From: Paramecium tetraurelia
Lineage: Eukaryota
Reading direction: 5' to 3'
Assembly: GCA_000165425.1 (NCBI GenBank)
Contig: CT868574.1
Location: 62,001 to 126,000, forward strand
DNA length: 64,000 bases
Below are positions 24,306-40,266 of the stretch, piece after piece (positions within the stretch are counted from its first letter, which is position 1; the number at the start of each line of letters is the position of its first letter). The position numbers were made by a program, and so were the translations under genes. Under the pieces are notes generated by a model that did not search any database, was not told the origin of the DNA, and was given only the letters and a program-made list of their open reading frames with translations.

Positions 24306-25896
24306 ATGACAACCGAATAATTAAGTGCCAGCAAGAAAACCTGGGCTGAATTAGCAGAGGAAGAGGATGATGAAATTGAAAATGGTTAATTTACGACTAA
24401 TTCGGAAACTCTTGACAAAAATGAGATTCCTCAGCAACCTGCTTTGACGAAATCTATATCAGAATTTTAACCAAAGACAAGAAACGACAAACAAAAAATT
24501 CACAAATAAAGAGACATTGATAGTGGTGGTCTCAAAAATTATCGACAAAATAATTCACATTTTAACAAAGGAAACAATAAACAAAATAGATAAACAAAAA
24601 GTAATAAAGATCTAAAGATATAGGTAATTATGACGAGGTTTACGATGCCTTATTCGAAACCACAAATTAGGAAATCCTCTTAAAGATCAAGCCTCTGAAT
24701 AAGAATGAAAACTTAGAGGCTGTTAAGGAATATTTTGAAAAACAATATTAGAATATTAAGGCATTTCCAAGAAATGACATAAATCAGGTTGATCTATTGA
24801 CATCCCCTAAAATTGGATTGTATATATTGGATGATCATAGATTTAAAGTATCATTTCTTATAACTTAAGACTCATATTGGTGATTCTGCTTTAATAATTC
24901 ACTATCCATAGTTCCCTAATGAACCATTGTCAGATTATTATGCAAAGAAAAGATATTTAGAAAAGGAAAAGAAGTAAATATAACCTGCTCCTGTATTTCA
25001 AAGAAATGCAGTCAGTTCTAAAGCAAATGATTAATAAGATTGCAATGAAAAATCTGAAAATAGTAGTAAATAAGATATTAATAACTTTGATAAAGATGAA
25101 AATGATCAACATTAAGTATATAAGAAAAAAGGTAGCATCGAAGATTACTAATATGAATAAAGCAATATCTAAAGTAAACCAAAATATGAAAATAAAGATT
25201 TTAATAAATAAACAAATTACAAAAATAGAAAACATAACAATGATTTCGAAGATTACGAAGATGATTGTAGAGAATACAAAGATGAAAGGCAATCTAATTA
25301 TAAATCTAATAAATATAGAAATGAATAACATCAACCAAAAGAAATCTATCAACAATAGAAATACTTCTAAAAAGATAATTATAAATATACTGATAAGGCA
25401 ACATCTGATAATAACAAGACTCCTTATCAAGAGAAGGAACAACATAAGGATTATAGGAATAATTAAAATTATCAAAATTACAATAATGCAAATAGCAACA
25501 ATCATTACAATACGAAAAGATAATTTAAAGAAAACAGTAAGCAAAAAAATGATTAATATGTAATATATGAAGAGAAATAAAAATCCAATTATGATGAAGT
25601 AACAGATAATGTAACCACAAAACATCCTGATAATTTTGAAAGATAAGCTGAAGTTCCTTAAAATGTTAATAAACCATTTTAGGAGACAAGTGTAAATGAA
25701 GATTAGAATGAGGATATTCAATTTGATAGTGAAAATGAGTAAGGTCAAGAATAAGTTGAAGAAAACAAAACTCCAAATAAAAATAAGAAGAAGAAAAAAA
25801 ACAAAAAGAATTTAAAAGTATTTTTTATGTTTATTTAAGACTTCAAAACCAAACGACACTAATTTTTTTGGGATACTTTAGAGTGGGACAAAGTGA
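24306..25896 (+). CDS. Low-complexity N/Q/D/Y/K-rich protein, possibly associated with RNA or translation
   Basis: N-terminus MTTEQLSASKKTWAELAEEEDDE, a long Asn/Gln/Tyr-rich tract at about 25000-25700, and C-terminal KKKKKNKK...NFFGILQSGTK*. Several tiny introns. Confidence 0.7.
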
Positions 25897-26170
25897 TAGA
25901 TTAAAATCAATATTATAAGTTGTTATTCTCAGACAGAATAATTTAATAAATATAATCATTGTTGTTTCTATTGCAAATGTCCTCTTATTTTGTCTTTAAC
26001 TTTCTTAATAATGTATGCTTTAATCTTATAATATTATGGGGGACAAATAATATATATAATTATTATTGTTTTTATATTCAAAATAAACAAGAATTGCTAT
26101 TTATGACATTGTTGATTATTAATCTATAGAACTCTTTTAATTCTGAAAATATTTTATATTTATTAAAATA

Positions 26171-26473
26171 ATGGGTTGTGTTGCTTCAAAGAGCGAATAA
26201 TTAAAGAATACCTAAAGCCAAGCTTTGTAACTTAGTTAAACATAATAAATTTAAATTGAGGAGTAATCAAAATTTCAAATGACTAAATCACCGTTATCCT
26301 GCAGGGTAAGAGCTGCCTCGATTAACAACTCTAAACCGATTTCTAAGGAAAAAAAGGTCAGGATAGAAAAAATTTTGTTTAATAAAAGGAGTAATATAAA
26401 TAATAGCTCATTCTTATGTCCTGAAGAAGAATAGGCATATTAGAGAGCAATTATTAGATTAATAGCAAGTTGA
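26171..26473 (+). CDS. Small (100 aa) protein with an N-terminal acylation motif
   Basis: Intronless ORF MGCVASKSEQ...RAIIRLIAS*. MGCxxS is a myristoylation/palmitoylation-type motif. Confidence 0.7.
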
Positions 26474-26716
26474 AGAATAAATAGTGAATATAAACTATGT
26501 ATTAGACTAGATATTTATTTAATTTTAAAAATTTATTAAATCTGTATTATCAATTCCAATATCTACATTTCTTTTTTATAAAATAATTGATTCATATTAA
26601 AAAAATATTACAAGAACATTTTTGTTTAATCACAGTAATATTAAATATTAAAGAAGTCATTTAAGAAAATAAATGAGAACAAAGTGATATTTATACATTA
26701 GAATACTTCAATCAAT

Positions 26717-27668
26717 TCAAGAGAGTTAGTGTTTGGGCTTTTTACTGTGCACTAGACCATTTTAATTTGTAGGTAACTGTAAACCTTTTTTGAATTGCTT
26801 AGTTAACTTATTTAAGTCTAGCTTTTATGGTCTATTTCTGGCTTAGATAAGTTTGATTAATCGATCTTCCATATTGAACAACTGCCTGCTTTGATGAACC
26901 AAAAATGAATCAATTAGAGAGTATTGAATGTCATTAATTCCAAAATTATCTTTTGTACTTACAGTATGGATGATAGGATGAATATTTTTGAATTATTTAA
27001 TTTCCCTAGCTAAATACAATTATCTATCATAAAGCATTCTCTCTTTAATTTTATCACATTTGGTTAACACGATTTATATGTTAACATTTTACTCTTATAA
27101 CATATTTAGCATGACTTTATCTTTGTCTTTAATACCATGTTCAATATCAATAAGCACATAGATTCTAGCCAGTCTCGATGATAATTTAGTATAGGTGTAC
27201 ATCATTCCTTACATGTATTTCTATGCATCTACATTTATTTAAGAATAACCATATCCAGGACTATCCACTACAAAACCATTAATAGTTTGAATATTGTGAA
27301 ATTATAATCTTAAAGTGCTGCCCTATATATCATGCAATATTTCTTACAGTTTTGCTTGATGTTTCAGCTACTTTTTATCCTAATATTGCATTAATCAGAC
27401 TTGATTTTCCAACATTTGATCTTCCAACAAATAACACTTCTTTTGGCTTTTTTAACATTTATTGATCCTGTTTTAATTATTCTATTAGAAATCCTTTAAG
27501 TTTAGATGGAACAATTTCATATTGATTGGGTAATAAGGATGTACCTATCTTTAAACCCTTTAGCAAATTTCCATAATCAGAATGATACTTATACAATTAA
27601 TAATTATGAATATCAAGCGAAGGATATTTAATTGAACTAAACTTAAGACCAACCTTAATTATATTCAT
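26717..27668 (-). CDS. engB: EngB/YihA (YsxC) ribosome-biogenesis GTPase, probably mitochondrial
   Basis: EVLFVGRSNVGKSSLINAI (G1), VVDSPGYGY (G3), LIDIEHGIKDKD and VLTKCDK (G4). Has an N-terminal extension. Confidence 0.9.
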
Positions 27669-28107
27669 AATTATTTAATAAAATATTTAATTATTTTATA
27701 CTCATTATCGTGAGAATAGTTTCATAATAGATTTATGAAAATATGGTAAACAAATAAGGATTCCAAAGTATTATACATATTATCCCAGAAAAAAATGTAT
27801 AAAATTATCAAACAATGATTTTAGAAATAGACATATGAACCCTCATTTATTCTTAATCTTTCTAGAACTTTGATCAAGATATATACTTTGGATTCTAAAG
27901 TTATTTAAACATTTTATATAGATTTTAGGAATTTTGATATAATAATAATTTAAGGATCTTCATATCTACATTGAAACTATTATTTAATTTGAATTTGTTC
28001 AAAAGTTGTGTTTTTATTGAAAATTGAATTTTTTTCTTTCTTAAATATTCTTAAGCAAATTAAGATATTCATTGTATATCTTTGTATTATTAAAATAATT
28101 ATATATA

Positions 28108-30843
28108 TCATTATTATTCAAAGTTTAAAAGTTTGCAAAACGTTGAGTTTTGTTCATTGGATTATTGACTATTCTAAGTTTAATTATGCTATAACATCGC
28201 ACTATTATTTGTTCTGCTACTATTTAGAATTTTAGGGGTTCCCTATTATAAAATTGAAAAACTAGTTTTGCTATTGATTTGTTTGCTCTTAGTATTCTTT
28301 AATTGTTCAACTAATAATATTAAATAACAAAGTACATTTTTTTAATATGAAATCTTAAGTCTCCTAACTATAATCAATTTTAGTATTGATATTCGAATTG
28401 TTGTAAACGTTTTCTTTTGAAACTGGTAATGCTTGCTGCTTAACCTATTATTTTAAGAGAGGAGATTCCTAATATGCATATAACAATTAAGTTGCAGGAG
28501 TCATTAAGCCAGCGTGCTAGGATTGCAAATTTGTTGTAAAATTCTGTTATCTTGGTAGAATATCCCTAAGAGGTGAATCTAGTATCTTATTATTCAGAGC
28601 AGGATTTTTATTGTTCATTGGAGATTGTGGGACATTGTTTGATTTGATTTCGTGTGACATCTGCAACATAAATGATTTAATTTAAGGGATAAAACTCTGG
28701 TTATAATAGGAAACAATATCACCTAAGAATGTCAATTAAATACATACCCATGCTGTCATTTGATATATATGTATTGCAAACAATTTTTTTGATAAACTAC
28801 TTCGAATACCATGTATTAGTGAGTTCATAGGCATTAATAATTTATTAAAATTTTAATTAGTTTCCAGTTAACTTTGTTACAGCATAAATACTAGCCAAAA
28901 CAATTTGATCTAATGAATGATATCTTAGATGGTCAGTCTTTTCGCTGATAATATATTTAATGGTAATCCAGATGTATTCCTATAATTATTCCTATAATTT
29001 AATATTGCTGCAGATGACTTAAATTTGAAATGCACAATAATGCAATACTCTTTTGAATAATCGATTCATTTAATTGTTATTTTATTAAAATCTACTTATA
29101 TGGATTTCATTAAGAAACTTTATCAATTCAGATTGACTATCACAAGACCAAATCGAATAGGATACAAATTTAACTTCTATGTCTAGTATGTGTTCTTTAA
29201 GTTAATGTGGTACTTTAGTGTCAAATTAATTCAAGAAGAAATCTAACCACTTCCAAAGTTAATAATGTTAAATTTCACATTTTTACATCAATTGATCTAA
29301 GAGTTATGATTGTTTGTTCAGAACGAAATAAACACATTCAATACAAAAACAAATTAAACTTTTGAGCATTTATTCATCAATTTAGAAATTGGATTTCTCT
29401 AACATTAACACATATAAAGTCCAGTATTAATTAGTTTTTGATTTATTTTCATCAATTAGATTGCTGTCTTAACAATACTATATATATTCATTAAATGTTT
29501 TGTCAATCAAATCGAAATGTTTCCCTTGGTTTTAAAAGTTTTAGAATAATTGAGGATTCTGAGATAATAATTAATTAACATTTAAGGTTCCATTCTTAAA
29601 TAATTTTTTAAAAGGCTATTATTTTTCATGCATCCAATTGTACATTTCCATAGCTTCCGTCATTGGAGTGGCCACAATTGATTATTACGCATAAGGAGAC
29701 ATTAATACAGTTTATGGTAGCTTAATTTCTCTCAAATTAGTTGTAAGAGTAATTTTAGTATCTAATTCGTAATTCAACAATTTTTGATATCTATTTTATT
29801 GCTGTTGTTATTATGATGTTATTTATTATTCTCTGTTTTAATCATGCTTTGATTGCATGGCCAATTATTTAATATTGTTGGATTTGAGAGTATTAAGATT
29901 TGGAGTTAGTTTCTTGGGTGTTAAATTTTTTTATCTATCAGGAATGAGCAATCTTTCATCGAATTCATCTGATTTGAGGAGATGCTTATATTATTAATCC
30001 AATTTGTATTGATTTGAATTGATAATGCTGACCATGAAAATTGAAAACCCAGAGTTACTCTTTAATTGCTTAATGATATTCTATTTTATCAATTCAGCAT
30101 ATTGTTATTTGGCTTGTAAATTGATCGAAGAGAATAGATCTAAGTCTTAAATTTTAAATTAATTGATTAGAAATTGTTGTATTTGTAATTATTGTTCATC
30201 TTCACCTGCAGCCGACTTCTTGATTTCTGAGAGTATTTTATTTGTTGTTGTGAAAATATTCAATAATTAACTAAGTATTGTTGTTAGAATTGAAATCAGA
30301 ATGCATGTAGATTGGACGACGTCTTGCAAATTTAAAGATTCTATTTGAATATTGCTGATATTTACTTTTTGTAATCAAAAATAGGAGCCAAGTGATATTT
30401 TTAATTAGAATATTTTAATCGTTCATTTTGAAATGGAGTAAAAGTGCCTCCATTTTTTAATAAAACATATTTAAGATTTAATTGTTATGTTTCAGGAGTG
30501 TTAATGTCTTTTAGCAGGTTTAATCGACTTTTAATTCGGTAACCATGTTAATAGCCACATCAATTAACTGATCGATGTTAGTGATTCCTTTATTTTAACA
30601 ATCATTTATAATGGAATTTAAGGATATGCCTGAACCATAGACGATGGAACCGTCTATTGCAACTATCTGTTATTATTTTGATGCCAACCACAAAGCCAAT
30701 CTTGGAATGACTATATAATCATTCGTTTTATTATTTAAAATATAGTTATTTGTCATTTCCTACATTAATTTGAATGTTGATTAATCAAGACTAAATGTTT
30801 AGTAAATGAGTTGTAGTTGTTGTTGCAGAGAATCTGTGTCCAT
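28108..30843 (-). CDS. RBR: Retinoblastoma-related pocket protein
   Basis: N-domain ALWLASK...GISLNSII. Pocket A: ATPMTEAMEMYNWM and HIEVKFVSYSIWSCDS. Pocket B: RLFKRVLHY, LDQIVLASIYAVTK and GDIVSYYNQSFIPQIKSF. Tail has SP/TP sites including MTPATQLLYAYQESP. Confidence 0.82.
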
Positions 30844-30875
30844 AATATTTGAATTTGAATAAATTAATATTTATT

Positions 30876-33282
<2,407 letters not shown>

Positions 33283-34054
33283 AATTGACAAACTATCTTA
33301 TATTCATTTTTGTATTTTTTATATTGATTTTCAATTACAATGTTGAATTCTAGTAACAAAAATTTAGAAAGGGAAGAAATTGAAATAATCTGGCAAGAAA
33401 ATATATAATTTATTAAAAATAAGCCATCTCTTGGAATAAATAGACTAAAATCCAAAAAAAGTTTTTTTTTAATTTTGACTTATTAATCCCAGCTATTAAA
33501 TTTTTTCATCTAATCCCAGAAGCTTTCTTAACAATACTGAACTCTAGAGATATTAGTTTAAATTTTTAGAAATGTTTTTCTATTAAATATCATTTATATC
33601 TTATTTTCCATAAATAATACGTTTTATTAATTGTAAATCAGATTATTTTTATAAAATATAAATATATTTATCAGCAAAAAAAGGCCAAATTTTGATGATC
33701 ATAATTCTATTATTTAAAAGGCTATATTAATGAAAAAACAATTAAATTAACTATGAGGATTCTATATAAAATAAATATATTAGAAGTTTTTAAACAATTC
33801 AAAAGAAGAAACAATAAATTAAATAATTTTGATTTAGCCTTTGCGGATTTATGAGTTGAACTTGCTAGGTTAAAGTAGTTTTAATTACAGTATTCATTTC
33901 AATTGTAAAATAATATCATAATATCATTAGTTTGAGTTAATTTCTATAATTTGATAAGAGTTTAATAATATCGATTTCATAATTTAGTAATCGATACAAA
34001 TTATAGATTTCAGAATTGAATTAATTATAATTTTTATTCTAATATTTAAAAAAA

Positions 34055-37000
34055 ATGTAAATTACTTAAACCCAGTTATTAGAATGGGTTAAGGATGGAG
34101 ATATTAATACTTTGAAGAAACATTTTGAAGACTAACTGAAGTTTGTGCATTAAAAATTGTAGGGATTTTTTAAAATGGTTGATGATTAGAATAGAAGTGT
34201 GGTTCATTGGGCAGCCTATTTAGGTTAATTTAAATTGCTGAAATGGTGGTGTAAAGAATATAAAGATCTTATTGATTTGAATAAGGGTGATTTACATTTA
34301 TATACTCCACTGGAACTAGCTAGTATCAAAGGGTATGCGATCAAGTTTATTCCTTAGATATTCTGGAGAATACAATTCGGAAAATTAAGAGAAAACAATA
34401 AGGTTGCTGGTCGAAAATGGCGCGTAAATACCTTGTTAATGTTGTTACAAGCCAAATTCATTGCATTGGGCTTGTTACTATGGCAATAAAGAATTAGTGG
34501 ATTTTTTGATCGCAGAAAATTTCAATTTGTAATTGGAAACAGAGTAATAAGGAAATTTTCCCATTGATTATTTGTTTTTAGACAATAAGCCAGAGTAATA
34601 TAAGTATGATAAATTAATGTATTATTTAGGAAAGACGTTTGGGATATCTTCTAAAATGTTGTAATTAACTATGCATAGGTGACTTCAAAAGAAGAATTGA
34701 AGAGGAAATAAAAAAAAAGAAAATAGCGTAAAGGACAGACGACAATCACATCTTAAATTCCATTCATATAAGTGAATAAAGATGATGAGGAGGAATCATC
34801 TCCTGAATCAGAACCATCTAGATATGAAATACCTTGTTTAAATATCTCAAATATTAATCGAAGTTATGCTTCAATTTCATAGATATCTAAAAATACAAAT
34901 TTCAAAAGCCTTTAAAAAACGCCTAATAATTAATATGTCGTAAAATCCTAACCAAAAACAGGATGCTAAAGAATTTAATAGAAGTTTTTAGAAGAGATTG
35001 CTGACATTCCATTATTTGATGACTCACATAATGAAATGAAGGAACCAGAGGAAGAAAAGATACCTGAAATAAGAGTATTTAACTCTAGGAATACTAATAA
35101 TAGTAAAATATTCACAGAAGCAAATTAAGATGACTTACTTCATGTTCAACAATACACTTCAAATAATAATCAATTGACATTAATAGAACCAAATTTTGAG
35201 TTACCTTAACCAAAACGATAACATCACAAGGGTAAAAAATAAAAAACTACAATAATATTTAATAACGATGATGACTTAGAAAATGGAACAAAGGAAAAAT
35301 ATTTGATATTCAATAGCAAAGCCGATTTGACTATTCATTAAAAATATGAATGTCGACTTTAATATTGGTCATCCAGATAAGGGATACAAGAATTCTTTAT
35401 TTATTTTCTCAAAAGAAAATGCAATCCTTTTCTCAATATTTATTAAGGATTCAACTGTTTACACATTGCAGCATACAAAGGAAAACCCAAAATGATAAAA
35501 ACGATTCTTGAAAATGACTACGAATATTATGATAGTTCAGAAGGTGCAAACAGTAAAGCTAAAAAGAAACTCAAAAATGTGAAATTTTATAAAGTAATAA
35601 ATTTTAAGCTATTAGTATAAGAAAGAATGCATCAACATTCTCACTGATTAAAATCCATCTAATGCTCTTCATTTAGCTATTGAATAAGAAAAATATCATT
35701 GCATGAAAACATTAATATCTCATGGAATATCAGTGGATGCTGTTAATAGTAGGTGCTTAAAACCATTTGAATTAACCTATAATTCAAAATTTATGGAATT
35801 CTACGAAGAAAATATCTAAGTTAAGTAAGAAATAAAAAGCTTGGCAGAACTAGGATATTAATATGTAATTTAGACAAAAGGAACCTCAAGTGTGGGATAG
35901 GATATAGTGTTTTTGTAATTACAAAATATTGGATAAACCTTTAAAGAAAGGGGGTGGAATTTTGAATTTTTGATTTTTCATGCTCCTAATCTGGATGAAT
36001 TGGAATTGTATAAAGAAAATGTGCATAATAAAAGAGTTCGACCATTATACCACTACTATGTATTGAAATTACCTCCAGATTCAATTTACAGATTGGCGGA
36101 TCTCTATTAGATATCTTGTTATAATTTTCAAACCAAAGTAAATTCTATCAAGATTTAATTAGTGTATATGTTAATTCAAATATGAGAAGAGCAGGTTTTT
36201 TGAATTTCCTAAGGATTTACAAGTTTAAATGCTGATCTTAAAAACTTTGAACGATGAATTTGATGTTGAAAAATTCGTATTGGAATAATTAATTATATCT
36301 CATTTCCCATTAGAAGATAAAAAAAAATGTGAAAGAATTACTCAATTTTGGAATGAACAGCAAAACAATTGCATTCGCGATTCTTTAAGATATGAAACAT
36401 AATAAATAGCTCTAAGGCCATTGCATGCAATATCATCATATTTTGGTCCAGTCATTGCATGGTACATAGCACTGAATGTTCAAATAATAGGTTGGTTGAT
36501 GATTCCTTCTCTTTTGGGAGCAGCTTTGGGAATTTATATAATAATTATTGAATAAGTAAAGTAAAAATTAAAAGTATATAAGTTCATCCATCGTGCCATT
36601 CTATGCGTTGTTGATGACACTATGGTAAACGCTATTCATGGAAAAGTGGAAGAATAGGGAATCAGAGTTGAAATTTTGTTGGGACATGCATAAATTCAAA
36701 CAGACTCAACCACAAAGAGTTATGTATACAGGATAATATATTATTGATTAAGCAACCAATAAAATTTAAATCTATGATTATTTCACTACTTTTAAAAGAA
36801 GATTAATAGCGGAGGGGCCTGTAATTTTAATAGGGATTGCAATAATCGTATTGAGTTTCTATGCTTTTAATATTTGGCTAAAAGAAAACACGAATGATCC
36901 TTTCATGACAATAGTTATTAATTCTTTGAATGGAGTTTCTATGACTGTGTTTTGTGATTTATATAAGAGACTATGTAAATCATTGGTGACTTGGGAAAAC

Positions 37001-37843
37001 CATATGTATGAAACAGAATAGGAATATTCTTACATTTTAAAAGTTTTCCTGTTTGAATTTCTTATATCTTATGTTTCAGTTGTTTATGTGGCTATATTTG
37101 AAAGCGATGCAAACTCATTAAGTGTATCAGTTGCAAGTATAATCATAACAAGAGGGGTAATTTCAAATGTAAAAAGTAATTTATTACCCTTTGCAATATT
37201 TAAATTAGAAAAGCGATCATTTACAAAATTATTTTCTTAGTTCAAATTAATATTCTCAAGAAAAATATAGGAAAAAAAGAATATACCAAAAATCTGTAAC
37301 TAAGTATTCTCAACAGAGAAGTTAAACCATGATTAATAACTATTGTTCTTGTAAGAGTTAGAAATGAGTAGGATAAAAGGCCCGTAAAAAGTCTTATATG
37401 ATGAATACACTAATATTGCTATATAATTTGGATACACAACAATGTTTGCTCCAACATTCCCAGCGGCTCCCATATTTTTCATGATAAATTGTTATATCAA
37501 TTTAAGATCATCAATATATAATTACTAACACATTTTAAAAAGGGAGAGAGCTTAGGCTGCTGATTCAATTGGTATTTGGTTATATATATTTGAAATAATG
37601 AATTATTCCTCTACTTTCATGAATTGCATTGTTATTGGGACTGTAAATAAAGAACAATTTAAAGGTATCATTGGAAATTAGGATGCCTTGTATAGTGCGT
37701 TTTTTTTGGCTGCAGTAGAACACATATTATTATTAATTAAATATATATTAGATGTTTCAATTCCTGACTGTCCTTATTGGGTGGAAAAAGAATTAAGAAG
37801 ATAATAACATCTAGAATTAAACGATTAATAGATGAATAAATGA
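34055..37843 (+). CDS. Anoctamin/TMEM16-family membrane protein with N-terminal ankyrin repeats
   Basis: Ankyrin segments VVHWAAYLG, YTPLELASIKG and NCLHIAAYKG. Anoctamin motifs PLHAISSYFGPVIAWY, FMEKWKNRESELKFCW, TWENHMYETEQEYSYILKVFLFEF, QFGYTTMFAPTFPAAP, DSIGIW and IPDCPYWV. Confidence 0.9.
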
Positions 37844-37901
37844 ATTATTATTATTTTTGTATATCTATTTCTATTACTCGATTATATGAAAAATCACAGC
37901 T

Positions 37902-39863
37902 ATGAATATGTTGAAGCTTAGAAAGCCTTCAGGTTCAACCCAATAAGAGAAAATTCCTTATTTAGGTTAGACGAATTTTTTCAAGCTTATCAAAAGATTC
38001 AAAATGTAGTTAGTTTGAAGTAAAATAGAGTTTTAATTGATAAGATTACCTATTGGTTATCATTTCAGAGTAGCAAAAATTAGTAGTGTTGAAATGAGCG
38101 GAAATGAGTTGTTTGTTAAATTTTATTATGATGGACCATATGGCAACAAATTGTAAGTTATTTATGGTCAATAATAATTTGCTCGTTTTCTGCCCACAGG
38201 AGAGAAGAGTCAAGAGAAATCTCCAGATAAAAGCAAAATAGATGTTCTTGGAATCAAATCAGTCTTTTAATCTTTAATTGAAACATTCCATTGGTGCGCT
38301 AATTTTGGGTATTAGATAAATTAACATAAGGTTGTTTGTGGATCCATAAACTGAAAATCTACTTTACAAAGAAGCTGAGACTGATTTTTATTTATATATA
38401 CCTAGTTTCACTCACATTGCTTAATTCTTTGCTGATAAATAATAAACATAACTAAAAATTTTTGATGAATTTAGAAACAAGGAATATTAAAACTTAGTAA
38501 ATATATTTTTTTAAGTTCTATAGACATTTATCTTTCTGATGCGCTTCCTTAATTGGTTTTTTGATTTAATCAAATAGCAGGATGAGGATATTAACCTATA
38601 TAAGAAAATTAAGGAAAAATATATATTCAATGAATCCTTAGAAGCAATCAACCCAATTTTACTTAATGAATCATGTTTTGGAGTAGATCATATCTATTCT
38701 GAAGATTTAGTTAAGAAAAAAATGATTAGGTATGGTTTGAAGCAAACCTAGTTCTTGTATTAGTTATACTAAAATGAAATTTTAAGAACCGTCATAGTGA
38801 AATATCTGGATAGTGAAATTTAGTTAATACCACGAAAAAATTAACCACTCTTTGATGAATCACAATCTGATTTTTAAATTAACTCACCTGATGATAATTA
38901 AAATAATTTATCTGGTAATAATATGCGAATAGAGCAATCAATTCAAGATTCTACAAGGAACAAGTTAACTCAAAATACTTTGAGTTTCTTTTAAGAATTA
39001 AAATGCATCAAACCAATTTAAGGAATTAGTTAAGATATCTATACACCATTTTTAAGATCTTTAGCCAATAAAGAAAACGGAATTTAGATTGCGATTAGGA
39101 GAAATTGGAAAAAAATTGGTACTAAGCATGAATTAGAAATTATAACCAATTAAAAATCATAGGAATAGATTTAATAATCAAATTAAAATTCATAATCTAA
39201 AAGTGCACCAAATTAATAAATTCAAGAATAGTAAAGTAAACCTGTAGATTAGCAAAGCAGATCTGCAGCAAATCCACCAACTTAAGATTTGAGCAACTCT
39301 GATGTTTTCGAAATAAAGTGGTCTTCTTGGATTAACACACAAAATCTCATATACACGGCAATAACTTAATCAGGAGTATTGACAGATAAAGAAGTCAAGA
39401 AATTTACAATATAATACAAAATTGAAATGTTAGAAGATAAGAATTGTTATTTGGTTAAAACCTGTATTCCAGAAGTTGTTTTTAACATTGATACTGCTGA
39501 TGACATTGCCTATTTTGTTAACACAATACAAAAAGAAAGAATGCCAACAAATGTATACGTAGATGACACAAGAAAATTGACATTTTACACAGCATTAGTT
39601 TTAGTAATAATATGAATTATCATAAGGGGAGCTAAGGACCTATCTTATGGGACATCTTAAAGATCATGGATATTCATCAAATCTATTTCTATCACTGTTT
39701 AGATTTTTATGCCAAAAATATCAGTCCAGGAAAATAAATAAAGGATGCAAAATATAGCAGTTTCTTAGTAGAGTTAAAAAATCTAATTAAAGATTATGAA
39801 TATGATTAAAAACAAATTTATTCTAAGATCAAAGGCACCCCACAAGAAAGAGAAGGATTTTGA
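37902..39863 (+). CDS. Hypothetical protein (multi-intron)
   Basis: MNMLKLRKPSGSTQQEKIPYLG... Open reading across several GT..AG introns to ...QEREGF*. No family recognised. Confidence 0.6.
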
Positions 39864-40266
39864 AGTAAGATATTGGATTAAATGCTGCAAAGTAGTTGAA
39901 CAGTTAAAATTACATATATAAATAATATTTAATAATTTATTTATTTTTTTTCATATTCTATTGTATGTAAAATTAACTAAAAGTTAATCAAAAAATGTAA
40001 AATATATATAATAGATATATCAATTAGATTGGAAAATGCCAATTAATAAAGTCTAAAATTCTATTCATAGAGATAAGGAAGTTAATGTTGAAAATTGTGT
40101 ATGGGGAAATTTATGGACAATCGAGAAATCAGCTGCATAATTGTTATTTATGAAGAATGGAAATATAAAGGAATAGGAAATGATTATATGTATAGAGATC
40201 AAACTAATGGAATATTTCATAATAATAATTATGAAGGTTACTGATAATATTGAATTTATGTATTTA

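Noticed and set aside
24957..25748. 263-aa hydrophobic minus-strand ORF that looks like a membrane protein
   Set aside because: It is the antisense shadow of the A-rich low-complexity region of the + strand gene at 24306-25896. The 185-aa + ORF at 25006 is an off-frame reading of the same region.
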